From Synechococcus elongatus PCC 6301 (GTDB lineage: Bacteria; Cyanobacteriota; Cyanobacteriia; Synechococcales; Synechococcaceae): a stretch of 32,000 nucleotides of DNA. A program made the position numbers and the translations under genes. The stretch lies in assembly GCF_000010065.1 (NCBI RefSeq), contig NC_006576.1:150001-182000 (forward strand), read 5' to 3'. Below, piece after piece: positions 1 through 11,111 of the stretch; positions within the stretch are counted from its first letter, which is position 1, and each line of letters starts with the position of its first letter. The notes under the pieces were generated by a model. That model saw only the letters and a list, made by a program, of their open reading frames with translations. It was not told where the DNA came from and did no database searches.

Positions 1-2456
1 TTGACCTTGCCATGTTTGAGGTAAAGACCGTAGGGACCCTCAAAAATTTGAATGGGGGCTTGGTCATCAGGATGGAGGCCAACCTCCCGAATCGGTTCCT
101 TGCCGCGACCCCGACTCTTCTTGGGTTGTGCCAGGAGTTCGAGGGCACGATCGAGATCGATGGTCAGCACATCATCATCGGCTTTGAGCGATCGGTAATC
201 CTTCTCACCACCCCCCAGATCGCAGACCACGTAGGGTCCAAATCGCCCTAGACCTGCTTGGATCCGTCGTCCTGTTTCGGGATGCTCGCCCAAGGTACGT
301 GGTAGCGACAACAGCCCTACGGCTTGCTCCAACGAGATCGTTTCTAAGCTCATACCCTTGGGCAAAGAAGCCCGCTTCGGCTTGGGTTTTTCCTCGGTGG
401 CTGCCCCAAGTTGGACGTAGGGACCGTAGGCACCCGTAAGCAGGTAAATCGGCTCGTCGGTTTCAGGATGTGTTCCCAGTTGGTCCGGCCCTTCGGTTTT
501 TTGCCGCAGTAGTGTTTCCACTCGCTGGACATCCAAATCAGCAGGCGTTAGCTCCTTGGGCAGGTTTGCTTTGATCGGTTCTCCATCGGCCTCGGCCTCG
601 AGGTAAGCGCCAAAACGACCAATACGGACTTTGGCGGGCAGTCCCTCCAGCGCGACTGTGCGAGCGGCAGCCGGATCAATTTCACTTTCGCGAAGTTTGA
701 CCTGTTCTTCCAAGCCACGATCGCCCCGATAAAACTGACTGAGATAGGGTAGCCAGTCGACTTCACCATTGGAAATGTCGTCGAGGGACTGCTCCATCCG
801 CGCACTGAAGCTGGTGTCCACCAAATCGGGGAAATGTTGCTCCAGCAATGCTGTCACTGCAAAAGCCGTGAAGGTCGGCGTTAGAGTGTTGCTCACCAAT
901 TGGGCATAGCCGCGATCGACGATCGTGCCGATGATGCTGGCGTAGGTACTGGGACGACCAATGCCCTCGTTCTCCAGCATTTTGACCAGTGAGGCTTCGG
1001 TGTAGCGGGCTGGCGGCTGGGTTTCATGACCGATCGCGGCCAGTTCCTGACAGGTGGGGCGATCGCCCACCTTCAACGCCGGCAGCAGAATTTCGCGATC
1101 TTCTAGGGCTGCATCAGGATCGTCTGAGCCTTCAACGTAAGCGCGGAAGAAGCCCGGGAAATCGATCCGCTTGCCACTGGCGCGGAACTCAGCATTATCA
1201 ACCTCCAACAACACACTCAGCATGGTTTGTCGGGCCTCAGCCATCTGAGAGGCGATCGTGCGCTTCCAGATCAGGTCGTAGAGCGCAAACTCGGCGCCCG
1301 ACAGTCCCGTTTCTTGGGGCAGCCTAAACGTGTTCCCCGCTGGCCGAATTGCTTCGTGGGCTTCCTGGGCGTTTTTGCTCTTGGTGGTGAACTGGCGAGG
1401 CTGGGGGCTGAGATAGTTTTTGCCATACATCTGCTCAACGCAGCTGCGAGCTGCCTCGATCGCCTGTTGCGACAGATGGACCGAATCCGTCCGCATGTAG
1501 GTGATAAAGCCTCGCTCGTAGAGGCTCTGGGCGACTCGCATCGTTTCCCGGGCTGAGAGCCGTAGCTTCCGGTTCGACTCCTGCTGCAAGGTCGAAGTGG
1601 TGAAGGGTGGGGCTGGTTTGCGAGTGGTGGGTTTTTCTTCCAGCGACTTTACTTGCCAGGGCTGGGTCTGGAGGCGATCGCGCAGGGCTTCCGCTTCTTG
1701 CTGATCGAGCAGACAGACCTGACGGCCGGCAATGATTTGGCCGGTGCTTTCGTCAAAGTCATTGCCTGTGGCTAGCCGTTGGCCTGCCAATGTCCAGAGT
1801 TTGGCTTCAAACTGGCCAGCCTCCACCGTCAGCTGAGCTTTGAGATCCCAGTAGCTGCCTTGGCGGAAGGCCCGCCGCGCCCGTTCCCGCTGGACGAGTA
1901 GGCGTACTGCCACCGACTGCACCCGCCCGGCGGATAGGCCCCAGGCAATTTTTTTCCAGAGCAGGGGGGACAGGGTGTAGCCCACCAAGCGATCGAGAAT
2001 CCGGCGGGTTTCTTGGGCATGGACCAAGCGCTGATCGACATCCCGACAATTTTTCAGGGCTGCTTGAATCGCCTCTTGGGTGATTTCGTGAAAGACCATG
2101 CGCTTCGTGGGCACCCGAGGTTGCAAAAGCTGCAACAAGTGCCAGCTAATACTTTCGCCTTCGCGGTCTTCGTCCGTTGCCAGGATCAGTTCATCGGCAT
2201 CTTTCAGTGCATCTTTCAATGTTTTGACAATCTTTTTTTTATCCTTGGGGACGATATAAAGCGGCGCGAAGTTATTTTCAACATCGACCCCAAGATTGCT
2301 CCATTTCTCACCTTTCAGTTCGGTGGGAATGTCGCTTGCCGACTGTGGAAGATCGCGGACATGTCCCATCGATGCTTCGACGCGGTAATCCTTCGGCAGG
2401 TAGTTGCGGATGGTGCGCGCCTTGGTGGGCGACTCGACGATGACGAGTTTGGGCAT
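1..2456 (-). CDS. topA: DNA topoisomerase I (3' end truncated by window edge)
   Basis: Continuous minus-strand reading frame from CAT at 2454-2456. Begins [20 protein letters not shown], contains TOPRIM-like [12 protein letters not shown], active-site region FITYMRTDS and [12 protein letters not shown], with C-terminal repeat domains. Absent from the ORF track because it has no stop inside the window. Confidence 0.97.
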   Translation of the reverse strand, partial: MPKLVIVESPTKARTIRNYLPKDYRVEASMGHVRDLPQSASDIPTELKGEKWSNLGVDVENNFAPLYIVPKDKKKIVKTLKDALKDADELILATDEDREGESISWHLLQLLQPRVPTKRMVFHEITQEAIQAALKNCRDVDQRLVHAQETRRILDRLVGYTLSPLLWKKIAWGLSAGRVQSVAVRLLVQRERARRAFRQGSYWDLKAQLTVEAGQFEAKLWTLAGQRLATGNDFDESTGQIIAGRQVCLLDQQEAEALRDRLQTQPWQVKSLEEKPTTRKPAPPFTTSTLQQESNRKLRLSARETMRVAQSLYERGFITYMRTDSVHLSQQAIEAARSCVEQMYGKNYLSPQPRQFTTKSKNAQEAHEAIRPAGNTFRLPQETGLSGAEFALYDLIWKRTIASQMAEARQTMLSVLLEVDNAEFRASGKRIDFPGFFRAYVEGSDDPDAALEDREILLPALKVGDRPTCQELAAIGHETQPPARYTEASLVKMLENEGIGRPSTYASIIGTIVDRGYAQLVSNTLTPTFTAFAVTALLEQHFPDLVDTSFSARMEQSLDDISNGEVDWLPYLSQFYRGDRGLEEQVKLRESEIDPAAARTVALEGLPAKVRIGRFGAYLEAEADGEPIKANLPKELTPADLDVQRVETLLRQKTEGPDQLGTHPETDEPIYLLTGAYGPYVQLGAATEEKPKPKRASLPKGMSLETISLEQAVGLLSLPRTLGEHPETGRRIQAGLGRFGPYVVCDLGGGEKDYRSLKADDDVLTIDLDRALELLAQPKKSRGRGKEPIREVGLHPDDQAPIQIFEGPYGLYLKHGKV

Positions 2457-2704
2457 GGAGTCACGATTCTGCCCGATTGGCAGCTAGGGAAGTCAAAAAA
2501 AGCGATCGCAGGCGATCGAGAGGGCCCAACCCAAAGGGCTGATCAATGGGTAACCTCCTCTTCCACTTATAGCCAAAGATGTGAAGTCTCCTGCAACTGC
2601 GATCGCGGAAGGATCAGGCTGAGAGGAAGGTAGAATCAGTGGCTGATGCCTCAGGTTACTCAATCAACCTGCTGGCGTTCCCCAGTTCTGAGTCGCACCG
2701 ACCT

Positions 2705-4270
2705 ATGGACTTTTTAACCCTCGCCGGTCAACTCAATGCCGGTGTGATTCTGCCAGAAGGCATCGTAATCGTCACACTGTTGACGGTTCTGGTCACGGAT
2801 TTGATTTTGGGACGGCAATCGCTGCGCCTAACTCCAGCCCTCGCCATCACGGGGCTTAGTGCTGCGATCGCAGTGCTCACACTCCAATGGAATACGAGTC
2901 AAAATCTGGCTTTTCTTGGTGGCTTCAACGGCGATAATCTCAGTATTGTTTTCCGAGGCATTGTGCTGCTGTCTGCAGCGGTCACCATCCTGCTCTCGAT
3001 TCGCTACGTTGAGCAGTCGGGAACGTCTCTTGGAGAATTCATTACGATTCTGCTCACGGCATCACTGGGGGGGATGTTTCTCTCCGGTGCGAATGAGCTC
3101 GTAACTATTTTTGTGTCACTGGAAACGCTCAGTATTTCGTCTTATCTCTTGACGGGATATATGAAGCGCGACCCCCGTTCCAATGAAGCAGCACTGAAGT
3201 ATTTGCTGATTGGCGCTGCCAGCTCGGCTATCTTCCTCTACGGTGTTTCACTGCTCTACGGCTTAGCTGGGGGGGAGACCCAGTTGCCTGCGATCGCGGA
3301 AAAACTGGGCGAAGCTCAGCCGCTGGCACTGCTGATTTCATTGATTTTTGTAATCGCTGGCATTGCTTTCAAAATTTCTGCGGTTCCTTTCCACCAATGG
3401 ACTCCGGACGTTTACGAAGGCTCGCCCACCCCGATCGTGGCGTTTCTCTCGGTCGGTTCCAAAGCAGCGGGTTTTGCTTTGGCGATTCGCTTGCTGGTCA
3501 CCGCCTATCCGGCTTTGACCGAGCAATGGCACTTTGTCTTCACGGCCCTGGCCATCCTCAGCTTGGTGCTCGGTAACGTCGTGGCGCTCGCGCAAACCAG
3601 CATGAAGCGCCTGCTAGCCTACTCCTCGATCGCCCAAGCTGGTTTTGTGATGATTGGCCTGATCGCTGGCACCGAAGCAGGCTATTCCAGCATGGTTTAT
3701 TACCTGCTGATTTACCTGTTTATGAATCTGGGTGGCTTTGCCTGTGTCATCCTCTTCTCGCTACGGACAGGAACGGACCAAATCAGCGAATACGCTGGCC
3801 TCTACCAAAAAGATCCGCTGGTCACCCTCGGTCTGAGCCTCTGCCTGCTCTCGCTGGGCGGCATTCCGCCGCTGGCTGGATTCTTTGGCAAGCTCTACCT
3901 GTTCTGGGCAGGTTGGCAGGCCGGGCTGTATGGGTTGGTGTTGCTAGCGCTGATCACCAGTGTCATCTCGATCTACTACTACATCCGTGTGATCAAGATG
4001 ATGGTGGTCAAAGAGCCACAGGAGATGTCGGAGTCAGTGCGCAACTACCCCGAAACCAACTGGAATCTGCCGGGCATGCAGCCGTTGCGTGCTGGTTTGG
4101 TGGTTTGCGTGATTGCCACGGCCGTAGCAGGTATCCTCTCCAACCCACTGTTTAACCTTGCTAGTGCTTCGGTGAGCGGCAGTTCCTTCCTGGGTTTAGC
4201 TCCTGCTGCAGAAGTGGTGACCACGACGGCAACCCCCGTCGCTCTGTCAGAACCGCCAGCTGCCAGTTAG
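2705..4270 (+). CDS. ndhB: NAD(P)H-quinone oxidoreductase subunit 2 (NdhB)
   Basis: 521 aa from ATG 2705 ([24 protein letters not shown]). Polytopic, with the proton-translocating core ([19 protein letters not shown]; [21 protein letters not shown]). The track's GTG start at 2639 adds an N-terminal extension that is probably not native. Confidence 0.96.
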   Translation: MDFLTLAGQLNAGVILPEGIVIVTLLTVLVTDLILGRQSLRLTPALAITGLSAAIAVLTLQWNTSQNLAFLGGFNGDNLSIVFRGIVLLSAAVTILLSIRYVEQSGTSLGEFITILLTASLGGMFLSGANELVTIFVSLETLSISSYLLTGYMKRDPRSNEAALKYLLIGAASSAIFLYGVSLLYGLAGGETQLPAIAEKLGEAQPLALLISLIFVIAGIAFKISAVPFHQWTPDVYEGSPTPIVAFLSVGSKAAGFALAIRLLVTAYPALTEQWHFVFTALAILSLVLGNVVALAQTSMKRLLAYSSIAQAGFVMIGLIAGTEAGYSSMVYYLLIYLFMNLGGFACVILFSLRTGTDQISEYAGLYQKDPLVTLGLSLCLLSLGGIPPLAGFFGKLYLFWAGWQAGLYGLVLLALITSVISIYYYIRVIKMMVVKEPQEMSESVRNYPETNWNLPGMQPLRAGLVVCVIATAVAGILSNPLFNLASASVSGSSFLGLAPAAEVVTTTATPVALSEPPAAS

Positions 4271-4313
4271 CTAAACCGACCGCGATCGCGGCTCACTCAC
4301 CCCATCCTTTCCC

Positions 4314-4346
4314 AAGACAGCGCTAGCATGGCGCTGTCTTTCTTTT
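4314..4346 (+). terminator. Intrinsic terminator after ndhB
   Basis: 10-bp perfect stem aagacagcgc / gcgctgtctt around 7-nt loop tagcatg, followed by tctttttg. Confidence 0.8.
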
Positions 4347-4365
4347 TGCAACCCCTTGTCTCTGC

Positions 4366-5091
4366 ATGGCAGAATCCGCGCCTCCCGTCATTCAGTTCGA
4401 GCATGTCAGCAAGATCTACGGCGAAGGGGAAACTACGGTCCGTGCCTTGGATCATGTCGACTTTCAAGTTCGGGCGGGTGAGTATTGCGCGATTATGGGC
4501 GCTTCGGGTTCGGGAAAGTCGACGGCAATGAACCTGATTGGTTGCCTTGATCGCCCCACAGCTGGCCGCTATTACCTCGACGGCACCGATGTCGCCGATT
4601 TGGATGACGACGCCCTCGCTGCCGTGCGCAATCGCAAGATTGGATTTGTTTTTCAGCAATTTCACCTGTTGCCCCAGCTCAGCGCGGTCGAGAATGTGAT
4701 GCTGCCGATGATCTACGCCGGCATTTCTCAGCAGGAGCGGCGCGATCGCGCTGTCGCTGCTTTAACCCAAGTGGGCCTCGCTCAACGACTGGACAATAAA
4801 CCCAATCAGCTGTCTGGGGGACAACAACAACGGGTGGCGATCGCCCGAGCGATCGTGAATCAACCAGTGCTATTGCTGGCAGATGAACCGACTGGAGCAT
4901 TGGATTCCCAGACGACCGAAGAAGTGCTGAATATCTTCGACCAGTTGCACCAGCGGGGCATCACGATCGTGATCGTCACCCACGAAGCCGAGGTCGCCGA
5001 TCGTGCCGAGCGGGTGATCTGGTTCCGCGATGGCCAAATCCAGCGGGAAACCCAAAATCCGCCTCGGCCAGTCCTTGCAGCTACCTTTTGA
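4366..5091 (+). CDS. ABC transporter ATP-binding protein, MacB/LolD-like
   Basis: Walker A GASGSGKS, signature LSGGQQQR, Walker B VLLLADEPTGALD, H-loop VTHEAE. Confidence 0.93.
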   Translation: MAESAPPVIQFEHVSKIYGEGETTVRALDHVDFQVRAGEYCAIMGASGSGKSTAMNLIGCLDRPTAGRYYLDGTDVADLDDDALAAVRNRKIGFVFQQFHLLPQLSAVENVMLPMIYAGISQQERRDRAVAALTQVGLAQRLDNKPNQLSGGQQQRVAIARAIVNQPVLLLADEPTGALDSQTTEEVLNIFDQLHQRGITIVIVTHEAEVADRAERVIWFRDGQIQRETQNPPRPVLAATF

Positions 5092-5103
5092 GCAGCGCGA
5101 TCG

Positions 5104-5859
5104 CTAGGGATTTTGAGCCTTCCAGATGAAATAGATCCCAAAACTAAGTAGCAACAGCTGAAAGCAGCGTTGAACCAGCACTGCAGGTAACTTGGGCAAG
5201 AGCCGCGTGGTCACCTGCACGCCCAGTAAGCCGCCCAAACCCAGCCAAAACCCTTGGACCCAGAGTACGTCGCCAGCGACTGCATAACCACTCAACGCTG
5301 AGCAGGCAGTGACGATAATCACGCCGAGGCTGGTTTGCACTGCTGTTTTGATCGGTACCCTCATCAACAGCACCTGCAGCGGCACCATCAGCGTGCCCCC
5401 CCCAATCCCAAACAGTCCTGCTAGGACGCCCCCTAAAGCGCCCGTAATCAGTACGGACATCAGGCTAGGCTGAGTGGGCTTATCCTTGTCGGGCGAGGCG
5501 TTACGGTTCAACCACTGCCGCAGTTCAACCAAAAAGATATTAAGAAAGTAAAGGCCGGCAATTCCCAGCAGCAGAACATTGCCCGGTAGCCGTTGGGCCA
5601 GAAAGACCCCCAGTTGGGCTGTCGCGATCGCCGGTAGACCCAGTTGCCAGATACTCGCTGCCTGTAAATTGCCCGATCGCCAGTTTTGCCAGGTGCCAGA
5701 GATTGAGGTGATCAGAATGGCGAGATTACTGGTGCCAAAGGCTTGCACCGGGCTGACGCCTAAACCGATCAAGACCGGCACCATCAACACGCCGCCGCCC
5801 ACTCCCAGCAGTCCTGCCAAGAGGCCAGCTCCAATCCCAATTACAAACAACGTCACCAT
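5104..5859 (-). CDS. TauE/SafE (TSUP) family membrane permease
   Basis: 251 aa polytopic protein; GIGAGLLAGLLGVGGGVLMVP and internal repeat GALGGVLAGLFGIGGGTLMVP are typical of TSUP proteins. Confidence 0.9.
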   Translation of the reverse strand: MVTLFVIGIGAGLLAGLLGVGGGVLMVPVLIGLGVSPVQAFGTSNLAILITSISGTWQNWRSGNLQAASIWQLGLPAIATAQLGVFLAQRLPGNVLLLGIAGLYFLNIFLVELRQWLNRNASPDKDKPTQPSLMSVLITGALGGVLAGLFGIGGGTLMVPLQVLLMRVPIKTAVQTSLGVIIVTACSALSGYAVAGDVLWVQGFWLGLGGLLGVQVTTRLLPKLPAVLVQRCFQLLLLSFGIYFIWKAQNP

Positions 5860-5913
5860 TGTGTTTCTCGTCTGGTTGATGACCGATGAGGAGTAGCGAT
5901 ACCGTCGCAGAGG

Positions 5914-6432
5914 TTGAGCAGTGCTAGAAAGAAAACAGCGCCGCCCCTACCTGCGAACGCTCAACCGACTCTGGAGATTGGCATGGCTGTGTCTTCCGAA
6001 ACGACTCTTGACTCCTCGGCCTTGTCTGCGACTGCGCCGCTAGATTACATCGATATCATCGAGACCGTCATCAGTAGCCTTGCCGATGCTGACAGTGCCC
6101 AGGTCAGCCACACGGGCAGCGGCACGATCTGGAAGTTTCGCTATGGCCAACTCGAAGTTTTTGTACAACTGACGGGCTCTAGCGAGGACGACCTGTTCAC
6201 GGTTTGGGCCAAAGTTTTTCCGCTCAGCGAATCCACCGACGCCACACTTCTGCAACGGCTGCTTACCCTCAACTGGGCCGACACCCTCGAGGCGCGGTTT
6301 GCCCTTTATGACGATCACATCACGATGGTGGCTAGCCGCACCGTAGCTGATCTCTCGGCGGGCGAAATCTCGCGAGCCATTACCTTGGTGGCGAGTATTG
6401 CTGCCACTTATGCTGAAGGGCTCCCAAGCTAG
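5914..6432 (+). CDS. YbjN-domain-like (type III secretion chaperone fold) protein
   Basis: 172 aa ORF; YIDIIETVISSLADADSAQVSHTGSGTIWKFRYGQLEVFVQL resembles YbjN-type proteins. Start is ambiguous (TTG 5914 or a downstream ATG). Confidence 0.65.
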   Translation: MSSARKKTAPPLPANAQPTLEIGMAVSSETTLDSSALSATAPLDYIDIIETVISSLADADSAQVSHTGSGTIWKFRYGQLEVFVQLTGSSEDDLFTVWAKVFPLSESTDATLLQRLLTLNWADTLEARFALYDDHITMVASRTVADLSAGEISRAITLVASIAATYAEGLPS

Positions 6433-6441
6433 GGTACAGCG

Positions 6442-7149
6442 GTGCCCTTCTCGACTCTTACTTGGCAGATCCTACCTTGGCTGGTTGCGCCGGGTGACTG
6501 GCAGATGGCCTTGGATGACTGGCTGCTCGATGAAGTGCGCCGCGATCGCTGTCCCCCTACTTTTCGCTTATTCACTTGGCAAGACCCTGGCTTGTCCCTC
6601 GGCTGGCATCAGGATCCACTGCTCGTGGATCTGGACTTACCCATCGTTCGCCGACCCACGGGAGGACGGGCTGTGCTTCACGGAGGCGATCTTTGCTATT
6701 CCCTAGTGACGCCTGCCCCAGTAACAGGCGATCGCCGACAGACCTATTGTCTGCTCACTCAATTCCTGCGATCGGCCTTTCAGTCCCTCGGGTATCCACT
6801 CAGTACCGGTTGTGATCGCCCCGATCGCACTGCGATCGACTGTTTTGCCCACAGTACCGTTGCTGATTTACAGCTCATTGATGGCCGCAAGTGCATTGGC
6901 AGCGCCCAACTTTGGCGCGATCGCACCATCCTCCAGCAAGGGTCGATTCAGCTCCAGCCGCCCGATTGCTGGACTCAAGTCTTGGGAACGCCATCGCCAC
7001 CAGCCCTGTCGCTCGCGATCGCGACCCTAGCGACGAGTCTGATCAATGCCCTGAGAGACAGCTACGGCCTCAGCCTGAACCCTGGAGGTTTGAGCTCTGC
7101 GGATTGGGAGGCAATTGACGACCGGCGATCGCGCTTTCAGGTTGACTGA
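6442..7149 (+). CDS. Lipoate-protein ligase A / BPL-LPL-domain protein
   Basis: Contains ARRP-like IVRRPTGGRAVLHGGDLCYSLV and GRKCIGSAQLWR, as in the LplA/LipM-type catalytic domain. Confidence 0.85.
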   Translation: MPFSTLTWQILPWLVAPGDWQMALDDWLLDEVRRDRCPPTFRLFTWQDPGLSLGWHQDPLLVDLDLPIVRRPTGGRAVLHGGDLCYSLVTPAPVTGDRRQTYCLLTQFLRSAFQSLGYPLSTGCDRPDRTAIDCFAHSTVADLQLIDGRKCIGSAQLWRDRTILQQGSIQLQPPDCWTQVLGTPSPPALSLAIATLATSLINALRDSYGLSLNPGGLSSADWEAIDDRRSRFQVD

Positions 7150-7228
7150 ACACCTCAGCGCCACTAAAAACACCGCAAGCGGGAAGTTCGCCACCTAGAA
7201 TGAAAACAGTTTTTCTGGCAACCGTCCG

Positions 7229-8851
7229 ATGGCCAGCGCAAGCTCGAACGACCGGATTCTCATTTTCGATACCACGCTCCGGGATGGCGAACAGTCACCT
7301 GGTGCAAGCCTAAACCTAGAAGAGAAACTGGTGATCGCGCGTCAACTGGCTCGACTGAATGTCGACATTATTGAGGCCGGTTTTGCCTTTGCTAGTCCCG
7401 GTGATTTTGGAGCGGTGCAGCGCATTGCCGCTGAAGTCGGCACACCGGATGGCCCCACGATTTGTAGTTTGGCGCGGGCAACTCGTCAGGATATCAAAGC
7501 AGCGGCTGAAGCCTTGGCACCGGCAGCCAAAGGCCGCATTCACACCTTTATCGCCACTTCCGACATCCACCTCGAGTACAAGCTCAAGAAAACTCGGGCT
7601 GAGGTTTTGGCGGTCATCCCCGAGATGGTTGGCTATGCCGCTTCCTTGGTCGATGACGTCGAATTTTCGCCGGAAGATGCGGGGCGATCGGATCCTGAAT
7701 TCCTCTATGAGTGTTTGGAAGCGGCGATCGCGGCAGGGGCCAAAACGATCAATATTCCCGACACCGTCGGCTACACGACTCCTAGCGAGTTTGGAGCCTT
7801 GATTGGCGGCATTAAACAGAATGTCTGCAACATTGATCAGGCAATCATTTCCGTCCATGGTCACAACGACTTAGGCCTTGCTGTCGCCAACTTCCTAGAA
7901 GCGGTCAAAAACGGCGCGCGCCAGCTGGAATGTACGATCAACGGCATTGGCGAACGAGCTGGTAATGCGGCTCTAGAAGAGCTGGTGATGGCCCTGCATG
8001 TGCGTCGCCAATACTTCAATCCGTTCTTGGGACGCGCTGCAGATTCAGAAGCACCCCTAACCCAAGTCAACACTCGCGAAATCTACAAAACCTCGCGCTT
8101 GGTCTCGAATCTGACTGGGATGTTGGTGCAGCCGAATAAAGCGATCGTGGGGGCCAATGCCTTTGCACATGAATCGGGTATTCACCAAGACGGCGTCCTC
8201 AAAAATAAGCTGACCTACGAAATCGTCGACGCCGAAACGATTGGCCTAAGTACCAATCGCATTACCCTCGGTAAGCTGTCGGGGCGCAATGCCTTCCGTA
8301 CCCGTTTGCAGGAGTTGGGCTACGACCTTGGCGAGGACGACTTGAACCGAGCTTTCCTGCGCTTCAAGGAACTAGCCGATAAAAAGCGGGAAGTCACCGA
8401 TCGCGACTTGGAAGCGATCGTCAATGACGAAACCCAGCAAGCACCCGAGCTGTTCAAGCTGGAATTGGTGCAGGTTTCAGCGGGCGATCATGCGCGTCCC
8501 ACCGCCACCGTCACCCTACGCACTCCCGAAGGGGAAGAACTGACTGACGCAGCGATCGGTACGGGGCCGGTTGATGCGATTTATCGAGCCATCAATCGTG
8601 TGGTGAACATCCCGAATGAGCTGATCGAGTTTTCGGTCAAGTCTGTCACAGCAGGGATTGATGCGATCGGCGAGGTCACGATTCGTCTGCGTCATGAAGA
8701 CCGGATTTTCTCTGGACATTCGGCTAATACCGACATCCTCGTAGCCTCGGCCCAAGCCTATATTCACGCTCTCAACCGGCTTGCCGAAGCGTTGCAGAAG
8801 GATAAGCCCTTGCATCCGCAAGAACCGATTGTCGCTGGTATGGGTCGTTAG
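7229..8851 (+). CDS. leuA: 2-isopropylmalate synthase
   Basis: 540 aa; [50 protein letters not shown]; C-terminal LeuA regulatory domain. Confidence 0.97.
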   Translation: MASASSNDRILIFDTTLRDGEQSPGASLNLEEKLVIARQLARLNVDIIEAGFAFASPGDFGAVQRIAAEVGTPDGPTICSLARATRQDIKAAAEALAPAAKGRIHTFIATSDIHLEYKLKKTRAEVLAVIPEMVGYAASLVDDVEFSPEDAGRSDPEFLYECLEAAIAAGAKTINIPDTVGYTTPSEFGALIGGIKQNVCNIDQAIISVHGHNDLGLAVANFLEAVKNGARQLECTINGIGERAGNAALEELVMALHVRRQYFNPFLGRAADSEAPLTQVNTREIYKTSRLVSNLTGMLVQPNKAIVGANAFAHESGIHQDGVLKNKLTYEIVDAETIGLSTNRITLGKLSGRNAFRTRLQELGYDLGEDDLNRAFLRFKELADKKREVTDRDLEAIVNDETQQAPELFKLELVQVSAGDHARPTATVTLRTPEGEELTDAAIGTGPVDAIYRAINRVVNIPNELIEFSVKSVTAGIDAIGEVTIRLRHEDRIFSGHSANTDILVASAQAYIHALNRLAEALQKDKPLHPQEPIVAGMGR

Positions 8852-8877
8852 GCGATCGTCCATTCTCTCAACAGAGC

Positions 8878-8915
8878 AGCCACCCGATCCTTGAATCGGG
8901 TGGCTATTGTTTTTA
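8878..8915 (+). terminator. Intrinsic terminator after leuA
   Basis: 11-bp perfect stem agccacccgat / atcgggtggct, loop ccttga, followed by attgttttta. Confidence 0.88.
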
Positions 8916-8930
8916 GATTGCGCTAGATGA

Positions 8931-9953
8931 TTAACGCCAGCCTGCACGGTCCATAATCTTCACCGCTTCAGCATTGTTGGCCCCGTAGACATCGACATTG
9001 ACGGGAGCGGCCTCAAAGGGGCCAAAGCTTTGGACCACTGCATCCTCAGCCGTATTGGCTTTGGCTGGATACTCGTAGGTGCCTTGGGTGAAGTAGCGCT
9101 GTCCGTCGGGGCTCGCCAAGAACTCGAGAAATGCAACTGCATTTTCCTTGTGTGGAGCATTGGTCGCAACGCCGGCACCACTGACATTGACGTGGGTGGG
9201 GCGCGGGAAAAAGACCCCGACTTTTGAGGCAATTTCGCGATCGCTCGCCTCTTTGGATTCCAACAACCGTGCGACGTAGTAGTGATTGACGACCGCGACA
9301 TCACAGACGCCTTCCGCAACCGCCTTGATCTGAGCGGTGTCGTTGCCCTGGGGCGGTCGCGCAAAGTTTGCCGTCAAACCTTTGATCCACTCTTCCGTAG
9401 CTGCTTCCCCTTGCGTTGCGATCGTTGCCGCAACTAAGGACTGGTTGTAGATGTTGTCAGAGCTGCGCATGCATAGCTTGCCACGCCACTCGGGGTTGGC
9501 GAGGGCTTGATAGGTGGAAAGCTGACTGGGCTGAACCTTGGCTTTGTTGTAGATGATGACGCGGGCCCGACGGGCAAATCCAAACCAGCGGCCGTCCGGA
9601 TCGCGCAGGTCATCAGGCAGGCCAGCGGTGAGCACGGATGATTGCACGGGCTGGAAGAGTCCCTTTGACTCCGCCTGCCACAGGCGACCCGCATCCACCG
9701 TAATCAGGACATCGGCAGGGCTGTTGGCTCCTTCACTTTGGATGCGCTCAATCAGCTCAGCATCTTTGCCTTCAATCACATTGACCTGAATGCCGGTCTT
9801 GTCTGTGAAAGCTTTGTAGAGTTCATCGTCTTGGTTGTAATGCCGGGACGAGTAGATGTTGACGACCTTATCGCTACCCCCTGAGCAGGCTGCAAGGCCT
9901 GTGCTGAGGAGCAGAGCAGCAAGGCCCGTTGACCAGATACGTAGACAAGACAA
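8931..9953 (-). CDS. futA: Ferric iron ABC transporter substrate-binding lipoprotein (FutA-like)
   Basis: Lipobox-like LSTGLAAC; VNIYSSRHYNQDDELYKAFTDKTGIQV and C-terminal VNVDVYGANNAEAVKIMDRAGWR typical of FutA proteins. Uses a TTG start. Confidence 0.9.
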   Translation of the reverse strand: MSCLRIWSTGLAALLLSTGLAACSGGSDKVVNIYSSRHYNQDDELYKAFTDKTGIQVNVIEGKDAELIERIQSEGANSPADVLITVDAGRLWQAESKGLFQPVQSSVLTAGLPDDLRDPDGRWFGFARRARVIIYNKAKVQPSQLSTYQALANPEWRGKLCMRSSDNIYNQSLVAATIATQGEAATEEWIKGLTANFARPPQGNDTAQIKAVAEGVCDVAVVNHYYVARLLESKEASDREIASKVGVFFPRPTHVNVSGAGVATNAPHKENAVAFLEFLASPDGQRYFTQGTYEYPAKANTAEDAVVQSFGPFEAAPVNVDVYGANNAEAVKIMDRAGWR

Positions 9954-10244
9954 AAGCTTGATCCTTATTGCAAGTAGTTCTAAATAAGAGCGTATAAGCC
10001 TGACGCCCCTTTCGACAACTCAGGACCTTTGAAACCTGGTGTTAGCCTCTTCTAAGCACTAATTCTGCTAGGACTCATTTGCAAATAACCTAGGGTGTAG
10101 TGATCTCCTCTACCGAGCTATTGCCATCCCATGAGGAGGCGGCAGCAAAACCTGAGGCGCTAGAGCCAGCGACTCATTGCCAAAGTTACCGACAACCAGC
10201 GTCAGATCAGGTTGGAGTTGTAGCGCTTTCTTCCATACCCTGTT

Positions 10245-10886
10245 TTAGGCTGCTATATCACCTCTAGCTGCCTGTATTGTCATCAATCCCCAAAACCAAT
10301 TGATCCGATATTGGTCAATTGATAGCAGTTTAAAGTTGCTTTCGATTAATATCTTTTGCAAATCATCTATTGAGTAAGCTCTAACATGAGCCTTGTCAAC
10401 CCAATGCAACCATCGATCTAGGAGGTTAATCATCAAGTAATTTCGGCACCAGTCCGTTAAAATCAAGCAACCCTGGGGCTTTAAAACTCTCGTGATCTCT
10501 TGAAGAACTTTTTCAGGGTTTTGAAAATAATGGAAAACACTCGTTGAGATCACGAGGTCGAAATGGTGTTCCGGAAAGGGGAGTTCATTAGCTTCTCCAG
10601 TCTGCAGCTTGACTGAATCCGGTAGTTTCTGCCGAGCGATCGCTAGCATTGCAGCTGATATATCTAAACCTGAAAGCTTGACTGTAGGATATTGTGCTGC
10701 AAGTTGTTGAAGGAGTGATCCAGTTCCACAACCAAGGTCTAAGACTGATGCTTGAGAGCTGATAGTAATTCGCTTAAGGGTTTCTTGAATAGTGGCATGA
10801 ATATAAAAATCCCAGCGGCGATCGTAGGATGATGCAAGGATTGTATATTCTTCTTGAACTGGGGTGGAATGATTTTCCATCGTCAA
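10245..10886 (-). CDS. Class I SAM-dependent methyltransferase
   Basis: 213 aa with motif I SVLDLGCGTGSLLQQL and downstream FDLVISTSVFHYFQNPEKVLQEITRVLKPQG. ATG at 10880 is a plausible alternative start. Confidence 0.9.
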   Translation of the reverse strand: MTMENHSTPVQEEYTILASSYDRRWDFYIHATIQETLKRITISSQASVLDLGCGTGSLLQQLAAQYPTVKLSGLDISAAMLAIARQKLPDSVKLQTGEANELPFPEHHFDLVISTSVFHYFQNPEKVLQEITRVLKPQGCLILTDWCRNYLMINLLDRWLHWVDKAHVRAYSIDDLQKILIESNFKLLSIDQYRINWFWGLMTIQAARGDIAA

Positions 10887-11111
10887 AATTTGCTGACTAG
10901 AAGCTGTTGGTAATATTTGCTGGATTCTAGTGCTGTGAAACTGGGGCAGTCGAGTCTTTCTTGGTGTCTATGGTGAGGTGATCAATGCTCTTTGAGACTG
11001 TTGTCACGCTCTCGGGTTGGAGTGCATCAATGCCGACTCAGAGGCGATCGCCAGAAAAACTCAGCAATCGCCCAGCAGGCGTCGGTGGATTCCCTGCAAT
11101 AGTCGCAAAAA

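Noticed and set aside
989-1556. Plus-strand ORFs of 112 and 109 aa
   Set aside because: Antisense to the conserved topA coding sequence, with no family-like features.
4297-4665. Minus-strand 122-aa ORF
   Set aside because: Overlaps the ndhB terminator and the ABC ATPase gene on the opposite strand; no recognisable content.
7316-7864. Minus-strand 182-aa ORF
   Set aside because: Antisense to leuA; GC-rich shadow ORF.
9954-10100. Possible Fur box upstream of futA
   Set aside because: No GATAATGATAATCATTATC-like palindrome found by eye.
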